Assembly: GCA_964425445.1 (NCBI GenBank)
Contig: CAYRLY010000001.1
Coordinates: 5,537 to 69,536 of the forward strand
Direction: 5' to 3'
From: an uncultured Candidatus Saccharibacteria bacterium
GTDB taxonomy: Bacteria > Patescibacteriota > UBA1384 > XYA2-FULL-43-10 > CAINNR01
DNA length: 64,000 bases
The notes beneath the pieces are model-generated. The model was given only the letters and a program-made list of their open reading frames with translations, ran no database searches and had not been told where the DNA came from. Position numbers and translations under genes: made by a program. Positions 57,566 to 64,000 of this stretch are shown here, piece by piece. The first letter of the stretch is position 1. Every line of letters starts with the position of its first letter.

Positions 57566-58443
57566 ATGTCTGAAGTAATTCAAGTTAAAGGTTTAAAAAA
57601 ATATTTTGGCAAAACCCGTGCGGTTGATGGTGTTGATATCGATGTTAAAAAAGGCGAGATTTTTGGTTTTTTGGGACCAAATGGCGCCGGAAAAACTACT
57701 CTAATCCGTTGCTTAATGGATTTCATTCGTCCTACTGCCGGGCAAATTACAATTCTCGGTAAAAATTCAATTATAAATTCTTCAGAACTAAAAAAAGATA
57801 TCGGTTTTCTGCCTGGAAATGTCCGTTTGTATGATTCTTGGACCGGAAAAGAACATATCTCTTTTTTCAATCATTTGGCGCCGATAAAAAAATTGCCGAC
57901 GAGCTTTCCTCAAAGCTTGATTTTGATCAAAATAAAAAATTTAAAAATCTTTCATCAGGAAATAAGCAAAAGCTTGGGGTTATTCTTGCATTAATGAAAA
58001 AGCCTAAAATTCTTATTATGGATGAGCCGACAAATGCTCTCGATCCTTTGCTACAAAATCAAGTTCATGAGCTTCTGAAAGAAGAGAAAAATAGAGGGAC
58101 AACTGTGTTTATTTCGTCGCATAATTTATCGGAGGTTGATCGTATCTGTGATCGTGTGGCAATAATTAAAGATGGAAAAATTATTGCGACTGAAAATATT
58201 AGAAGCTTGAAAGAGAAGCGAATACATACAACAACGATTTATTTTGTCGACAAAGTTAAGAAGACCGAGTTTGAAATTCCTGGAGTTGAAAATGTTGAGG
58301 AAATTGTCGACGGTCTAGTTATTAGATCAAAAGGAGATATCGGACCATTGCTGAAGAGAATCGCTGGCTATAGATTAAAAGATATAGAGATCGCTCATGC
58401 CAGCTTGGAAGAGATATTTCTAGAGTTTTATAATAACAAATAA
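57566..58443 (+). pseudogene. ABC transporter ATP-binding protein, frameshifted at about 57862-57868
   Basis: Walker A GPNGAGKT in one frame; LSSGNKQK, MDEPT and SSH in the -1 frame; junction at a T6 run. Confidence 0.8.
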
Positions 58444-58444
58444 A

Positions 58445-59248
58445 ATGTGGCCAATTATTAAAAGAACAATCAACGATCGCAAAACTGTAATTATGATTTA
58501 CATCATCGTTGCGCTTGCTTTTCTTCTGATGTATGTTTCGATGTTCCCATCGTTTGCCGATCAAACACAGCAGTGGGACGAGTTGATGAAAACAGTGCCG
58601 GAAGGTGTGATGAAAGCCTTCAATCTTGAGGATTACAGCTTTGCTCGCTTGGAGAATTTCTTATCTGGGGAGCTGTATTCAATAACCTGGCCATTGCTTC
58701 TAATTATTCTAGCTGTTTCAACTGCTGGAGCGGCAATTGCTAATGAAGTCGAGAAAGGCACAATTGAAATTATTCTTTCCCAACCAATTACCAGGGCAAA
58801 ATTTTATCTATCGCGTTATATTGCTGGTATAGCAGTTATTTTTGCCTTCGTCGTTATTACCATTTATCCAGCAATTCCAATGGCAAAGATTTTTGATATC
58901 TCGATTACTACTGCCAACTATTCTACACTGGCACTTTCAGCGTTTTTGTTTGGTGTGGCTGTTTTTAGTATCGGCTACGCTTTGTCAGCGGTTTTTTCTG
59001 ATCGCGGCAAAGTTTATTTTTTAACCGCTGGTCTGATGGTTTTGATGTATGTGTTTAATATCGTTGCCCTTTTGAAAGAGAATTTTTCTGATCTTAAATA
59101 CCTATCCTTTTTCCACTATTTTAATCCGGTGGATAATCTGGTTCGCAACCAAATAAGCGACACCGGCGCTATAGTATTCATTTCAACAACTATAATTACT
59201 TTTATTATTGGAATGATTGTTTATAACAAAAGAGATATCGCAACCTAA
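58445..59248 (+). CDS. ABC-2 type permease
   Basis: IANEVEKGTIEIILSQPITR, six TM helices, KRDI. Confidence 0.88.
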   Translation: MWPIIKRTINDRKTVIMIYIIVALAFLLMYVSMFPSFADQTQQWDELMKTVPEGVMKAFNLEDYSFARLENFLSGELYSITWPLLLIILAVSTAGAAIANEVEKGTIEIILSQPITRAKFYLSRYIAGIAVIFAFVVITIYPAIPMAKIFDISITTANYSTLALSAFLFGVAVFSIGYALSAVFSDRGKVYFLTAGLMVLMYVFNIVALLKENFSDLKYLSFFHYFNPVDNLVRNQISDTGAIVFISTTIITFIIGMIVYNKRDIAT

Positions 59249-59266
59249 ATAATTAAAGGAGGATTG

Positions 59267-59869
59267 ATGTCTACAGTTTGGAAGATTGTTATTGCGATAG
59301 TAGTAACTTTAGCCGTAGTCGGTGGTGGCACCTACTACTATATGAATCAAAAAGCCACTAGTGAAAAAGATGAATTGCAGTCTCAGATTGACGAGTTGAA
59401 CAATCAGGTCGAGGATTTACAGGCTAAAAACACAACAGCAGCTTCCAATGAATCTTCTTCCCCCGTAACAAACTCGCCAACAACTGCAACAACTTCTGAT
59501 TGGAAAAATTATTCAAATACGAAGTATGGTTTCTCACTGACGTTCAATGATTTGTGGAAAAATTACGAGATAGTTGAAAAAAGTCCTGATGATTCGACAG
59601 CCACTGCTTACTTGTATACCTGTGTCCCGACGACTTCTTCCAGCTGGTCAGACCAGAAATCTGGAATGTTCTGTCCTTTTTCCATCACAGTCGTATCGCT
59701 ATCTGGCAAAAGTGCTTTTGAGCAAGCGAACGACCCCATGATTCCAAAATATCTTGGTGCCAATTCTTCTTATGCTTTTTATACTGGATCAGCACAAGAT
59801 CGACCAGATGATGGCGTTACTGTAATGAATGATTCGCAAAATATTATTGTAACCTTCAAAGCTAACTAA
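59267..59869 (+). CDS. Membrane-anchored extracellular hypothetical protein
   Basis: SD AAGGAGG; TM, coiled coil, S/T linker, WKNYSNTKYGFSLTF motif. Confidence 0.7.
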   Translation: MSTVWKIVIAIVVTLAVVGGGTYYYMNQKATSEKDELQSQIDELNNQVEDLQAKNTTAASNESSSPVTNSPTTATTSDWKNYSNTKYGFSLTFNDLWKNYEIVEKSPDDSTATAYLYTCVPTTSSSWSDQKSGMFCPFSITVVSLSGKSAFEQANDPMIPKYLGANSSYAFYTGSAQDRPDDGVTVMNDSQNIIVTFKAN

Positions 59870-59874
59870 TAAAT

Positions 59875-59907
59875 AAAAAATCAATCTCTTCTGGGATTGA
59901 TTTTTTA
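59875..59907 (+). terminator. Intrinsic terminator
   Basis: AAAAAATCAATC..GATTGATTTTTT. Confidence 0.7.
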
Positions 59908-59987
59908 TATTCTTTGATCTAGTGTTAGTTTATAACCAGGGGAGGTAGACTCTGGCTTTTTTGTCGCATTAATTTATAATCAGCAAT

Positions 59988-61046
59988 ATGAAGTCACCGT
60001 TTAATTTTATTTTTAATCGCCTGTCTCATGATATCGGTATCGATCTCGGTACCGCTAACTCTTTGGTCTATGTAAAAGGTAAAGGAATTGTTATCACCGA
60101 GCCGTCAGTGGTGGCGATAAACAAAAAAACCAAAGAAATTTTAGCGATCGGAGAAGAGGCCAAAAGAATGGTTGGTCGCACTCCCGCACATATAGTTGCA
60201 GTTAGGCCTTTGGTTGATGGCGTAATCTCTGATTTTGAAGTAACAGAACAGATGCTAAAATATTTTTTTGACAAGGTTCATCGAGAGAAATTTTCCTTAT
60301 TTCCACACCCAAGGGTGGTGATCGGTATACCCTACGGGGTTACCGAGGTAGAAAAAAGAGCAGCGGAGGAAGGGGCAATTAACGCTGGTGCCAGGGAGAT
60401 TTATCTTATCGAAGAGCCGATCGCTGCAGCGATCGGCGCCCGACTTCCGGTTCAAGACGCATCCGGAAATATGATTGTTGATATTGGTGGGGGAACGACT
60501 GAGGTGGCAATTATCTCTCTTGGTGGCATTGTTTCCTCCCGGTCGCTACGAATTGCTGGTGATGAAATGAATACTGATATAATTCAGTATGCGAGAGATA
60601 ATTTTAATCTTTTGTTAGGTGAGAGAACGGCAGAAGAAATTAAAATTAAAGTTGGGGCAGCGATACCAATTAAAGAGAAATTAGAAACACCGATGCGAGG
60701 AAGGGATTTGGTGACCGGTTTACCAAAAGAAATAATTGTTAATAACGAACAGATTCGTCAAGCGATACAGAAATCGGTCAATGCTATTATTGATAGCATC
60801 AAAGTTACGATGGAAGAATCACCTCCTGAGCTCCTGGCCGATATAATGGATCGAGGCATCGTTCTTGCTGGTGGTGGGGCCTTGCTCCGGGGTCTTGATA
60901 AACTGATTGCTGTAGAAACTAGAACGATAGTGCATATTGCCGATGATCCATTAACCTGTGTTGTTCGTGGGACAGGTATAGTTCTTGAAGATATTGATCT
61001 ATTGTCAGATGTTCTTGTTCCTAATCGATTTAAATTGAGGGCGTAG
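59988..61046 (+). CDS. mreB: Rod shape-determining protein MreB
   Basis: IGIDLGTAN, EPSVVA, IEEPIAAAIGA, DIGGGTTE. Confidence 0.97.
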   Translation: MKSPFNFIFNRLSHDIGIDLGTANSLVYVKGKGIVITEPSVVAINKKTKEILAIGEEAKRMVGRTPAHIVAVRPLVDGVISDFEVTEQMLKYFFDKVHREKFSLFPHPRVVIGIPYGVTEVEKRAAEEGAINAGAREIYLIEEPIAAAIGARLPVQDASGNMIVDIGGGTTEVAIISLGGIVSSRSLRIAGDEMNTDIIQYARDNFNLLLGERTAEEIKIKVGAAIPIKEKLETPMRGRDLVTGLPKEIIVNNEQIRQAIQKSVNAIIDSIKVTMEESPPELLADIMDRGIVLAGGGALLRGLDKLIAVETRTIVHIADDPLTCVVRGTGIVLEDIDLLSDVLVPNRFKLRA

Positions 61047-61049
61047 TTA

Positions 61050-61838
61050 ATGACTAGGAGGAATTTATTTTTGTTTTTTTTCATTGTAGTGCTGATTTTG
61101 ATATTGCTGGTACCATCGAAGATAAGCCAAACGACCAACAATTTTATTTTGAAAGTGAGTCAACCTTTGACTTCTGGAATGGTTAAAGCTGGAAAAAGTA
61201 TCGCTGGCACACTGTCAATATTTGGAGAAATCAGCAACCTGCGCAAGGAAAACCGTCGTTTAGCCGAGGATATAATCAAGGCGAAAGTTGACAGCACTAA
61301 ACTTGAGGAGCTTGAACAAGAAAATACTAGCTTGAAGGAAGCTCTTGAGTATAAAGAAGCCCATCCGGAAATGAAGCTACTTCTTGCGGAAATAATCGGT
61401 CTGGACCCGACAAATTTTTATGATTCTTTGGTTTTAAACAAGGGTTCAAATGATGGAGTGTCTGACGGTATGGCAGTGGTTTATCTTGGTGTGTTGGTCG
61501 GGAAAATTGATCAGGTGACTCCTGACACTTCGCGAGTCGTGCTTATAACCAGTAGAGACTCAATTGTTCAGGTGATGCTTGAGAGCTCAAGAACTACCGG
61601 GATTTTAAAAGGTGGAATTTCAGGTATGACTTTAGAAAATATTCCGCTAGATACGCCGATAGCTGAGTCAGAGAGTATTATTACATCTGGTCTTGGTGGC
61701 AAATTGCCAAAAGGTATATTCGTTGGAAGCGCTGGAAGTGAAGTATCAGCAAAATCAGATATTTTCAAGACAATTGAGGTAAAATCTCCGATAAACTTCT
61801 CGAAACTGGAGAACTTGTTTATTATTATTGGGATTTGA
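61050..61838 (+). CDS. mreC: Rod shape-determining protein MreC
   Basis: TM, coiled coil, LNKGSNDGV, ITSGLGGKLPKGI. Confidence 0.92.
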   Translation: MTRRNLFLFFFIVVLILILLVPSKISQTTNNFILKVSQPLTSGMVKAGKSIAGTLSIFGEISNLRKENRRLAEDIIKAKVDSTKLEELEQENTSLKEALEYKEAHPEMKLLLAEIIGLDPTNFYDSLVLNKGSNDGVSDGMAVVYLGVLVGKIDQVTPDTSRVVLITSRDSIVQVMLESSRTTGILKGGISGMTLENIPLDTPIAESESIITSGLGGKLPKGIFVGSAGSEVSAKSDIFKTIEVKSPINFSKLENLFIIIGI

Positions 61839-61839
61839 T

Positions 61840-62343
61840 ATGTGGTTATTTATGCTTCTGATTTCATTATTCGTTGCTATTCTCGATGCAACTGTTGCCC
61901 CATCTTTATCAATTTATGGTGGAATTTTCAGTTTCACTACTTCTATAATTTTAGTTTTCCTAGTAAAAAAATCTTTTCAGAATGCAAGTATGCTACTTAT
62001 ATTTTCGACGATATTTTTAGTAATATTTAGTCAAATCCCCGTTGTCTATATTCTCCTACCGAATTTTTTTCTATTTATCACAATAATTTTTGCCATCAAC
62101 AAGAGGTTAATTGATCGACCGTCAACGATGTTATCGGTTCCAATTTATGCTATTGCTTTTCTGTTTTTCGGATTGTTCAGATTGTTAATTATGAGTGAGT
62201 TCTCTCTGGCAAATTTACTCGTAACACTCGAGGGGGCAATTTATTCAACGATCATCACAGTGGCATTATATTTTATAATCAATAAAATAAATTATCTCTT
62301 AAACCCACAAGCAGGTAGAGAACAGATAAAAATTAACATTTAA
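61840..62343 (+). CDS. mreD: MreD-like membrane protein
   Basis: About 5 TM helices, positioned between mreC and pbp2. Confidence 0.65.
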   Translation: MWLFMLLISLFVAILDATVAPSLSIYGGIFSFTTSIILVFLVKKSFQNASMLLIFSTIFLVIFSQIPVVYILLPNFFLFITIIFAINKRLIDRPSTMLSVPIYAIAFLFFGLFRLLIMSEFSLANLLVTLEGAIYSTIITVALYFIINKINYLLNPQAGREQIKINI

Positions 62344-62345
62344 TT

Positions 62346-64000
62346 ATGGATATTTTTGGGAATTTTTCCGCTTTAATTGGAGAAAAGAGAAAAAGAAAAG
62401 TCTCTCTGAATGAAGAGAGCGATTTTCAATATCAGGATGTCACACTGGAGGGTCAATCTCGGATTGAGGAGACTCAAACAAGCAGACTATCAATATATCT
62501 CAAATTAATAATATTAATCATATTTATCGCTATTGGTTCCAAGTTGTTTTATTTGCAGGTAATAAACGCCTCAAAAAGTTTCAATTTGGCTGAGGGTAAC
62601 AGGATACGTCCTAGGAGTATTCTCTCAAGCCGCGGGGTGATTACTGATTCAAAAGGGGTTTGGCTGGCGCGGAATAAACCGAGTTTTGCTCTCGGAGTTT
62701 ACCCCTCAGATTTACCAAGAAAAAAAACGGAGAGGGAAGATCTACTCAATAAAATATCAGCCTTGGCTAAAATCCCAAAAGACGAGATCAAACAAAAGAT
62801 CGAAGCTAACGGCGAGTTTTCAATTGATTTGACAATTTTAAAGGCAAATTTACCACGGGAAGAAGCTTTAATTTTAGAGGAAGAGGTAGCTGGTCTACCG
62901 GGAGTTGTCGTCAGCAAAAGAGCGATTAGGGAGTACAAAAGCGATTCAGGCCTGGCCCACATAATGGGCTACACCGGCATTATATCAAGCGATGAATTGG
63001 CAAAAAATCCTAATTATCTGATGAGCGAGGAGTTTGGTAAGGCAGGAATCGAAAAGTATTATCAAACTGAACTTCGTGGTGATCCTGGAATTGAACAGGT
63101 TGAAGTTGATTCGCGTGGAAGAATTATTCAGGTGCTTAAGGATTTTAATAACTTGCAGCCGATTGGTGGCAACAACTTGGTATTAAATATCAACTATGAT
63201 CTGCAACAAAAAATGACGGAGAAACTTGTTTCCGGCATACAAAGTGCTGGTCCGGAGGTAAATTCCGGAGTAGCGGTTGCAATGAATCCTCAAACGGGTG
63301 CTGTTCTGGGTATGGTTTCTGTGCCGTTTTATGACAATAATATTTTTCAAGGCGAGATTAACAAAAGTGAATACAGCCGGTTGCTTAAAGACCCGTCTTT
63401 GCCACTTTTAAATCGAGCAACAATGGGGACTTACCCCCCTGGTTCGATAATAAAGATTGTTACAGCGGCAGCCGGTCTCCAAGAGGGAATAATCACTAAA
63501 AATACCTCAATCGAGACACCACAAGAAATTATTATCGGAGAATGGAAGTTCCCTGATTGGAAATATCATGCTGGCATGTCAAATGTTACGAGAGCAATAG
63601 CAGAATCAAATAATATTTTCTTTTATGCTGTTGGCGGTGGTTGGGACAAAATTAAAGGCCTTGGCCCTGATGTTTTGCGAAATTATCTTTCGATGTTTGG
63701 TTTCGGTGCAAAGAGCGGAGTGGATTTATCCTCTGAGGCTTCGGGTTTAGTTCCGGGTCCCGAATGGAAGAAAAATTACAAGGGCGAGAATTGGTATTTG
63801 GGTGACACCTATCATGTTGCTATCGGTCAAGGCGATCTTTTGGTCACTCCGATCCAAATGGTAAAGGCATTATCAGCGGTTGCTAACGGAGGGCGGTTAC
63901 TCAGGCCTCAGATTCTAAAAGAGATAACCGATGTCGACGGGAATGTGGTTAGAAATTATTCAACTGAGGTTGAGCGAGACAATTTTATTTCGGCCGAAAA
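62346..64000 (+). CDS. mrdA: Penicillin-binding protein 2, 3' partial and absent from the ORF track
   Basis: ATG 62346; LFYLQV..AEGNRIR, YPPGSIIK (SxxK), AESNNIFFY (SxN), AIGQG. Confidence 0.93.
   Translation, partial: MDIFGNFSALIGEKRKRKVSLNEESDFQYQDVTLEGQSRIEETQTSRLSIYLKLIILIIFIAIGSKLFYLQVINASKSFNLAEGNRIRPRSILSSRGVITDSKGVWLARNKPSFALGVYPSDLPRKKTEREDLLNKISALAKIPKDEIKQKIEANGEFSIDLTILKANLPREEALILEEEVAGLPGVVVSKRAIREYKSDSGLAHIMGYTGIISSDELAKNPNYLMSEEFGKAGIEKYYQTELRGDPGIEQVEVDSRGRIIQVLKDFNNLQPIGGNNLVLNINYDLQQKMTEKLVSGIQSAGPEVNSGVAVAMNPQTGAVLGMVSVPFYDNNIFQGEINKSEYSRLLKDPSLPLLNRATMGTYPPGSIIKIVTAAAGLQEGIITKNTSIETPQEIIIGEWKFPDWKYHAGMSNVTRAIAESNNIFFYAVGGGWDKIKGLGPDVLRNYLSMFGFGAKSGVDLSSEASGLVPGPEWKKNYKGENWYLGDTYHVAIGQGDLLVTPIQMVKALSAVANGGRLLRPQILKEITDVDGNVVRNYSTEVERDNFISAE

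Overview
This window is chromosomal backbone of a low-GC bacterium using the standard code (TGA used as stop). Compact MetRS/AlaRS, the FtsA-like plus baseplate-J-like gene pair and scarce biosynthetic genes suggest Patescibacteria/CPR (inference). 1-16.9 kb is a surface-glycosylation locus with a SAM-I riboswitch and metK. 16.9-19.7 kb is a minus-strand TPR / dockerin-enzyme / cohesin-anchor module. 20-64 kb holds housekeeping genes (pcrA, rsmA, rsmI, metG, tatD, iscS, iscU, folD, mnmA, recG, comEA, miaA, comM, secG, rpsA, alaS, ruvX, mltG, mreBCD, partial mrdA) and 8 tRNAs. Most unusual signals: (1) about 17 degenerate 7-bp-period repeat tracts, mostly in frame inside conserved enzymes between 16.7 and 40.1 kb; (2) one small structured element behind two different tRNA-Leu genes, each ending in a 22-bp duplication of that tRNA's 3' end; (3) an orphan Phd/YefM-type protein with CxxC heading iscS; (4) eight solitary GC-rich genes with their own expression signals wedged between housekeeping genes; (5) a cohesin-dockerin pair carrying an apparently circularly permuted lysozyme-like domain. 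All protein family calls come from motif recognition by eye, and no searches were run.
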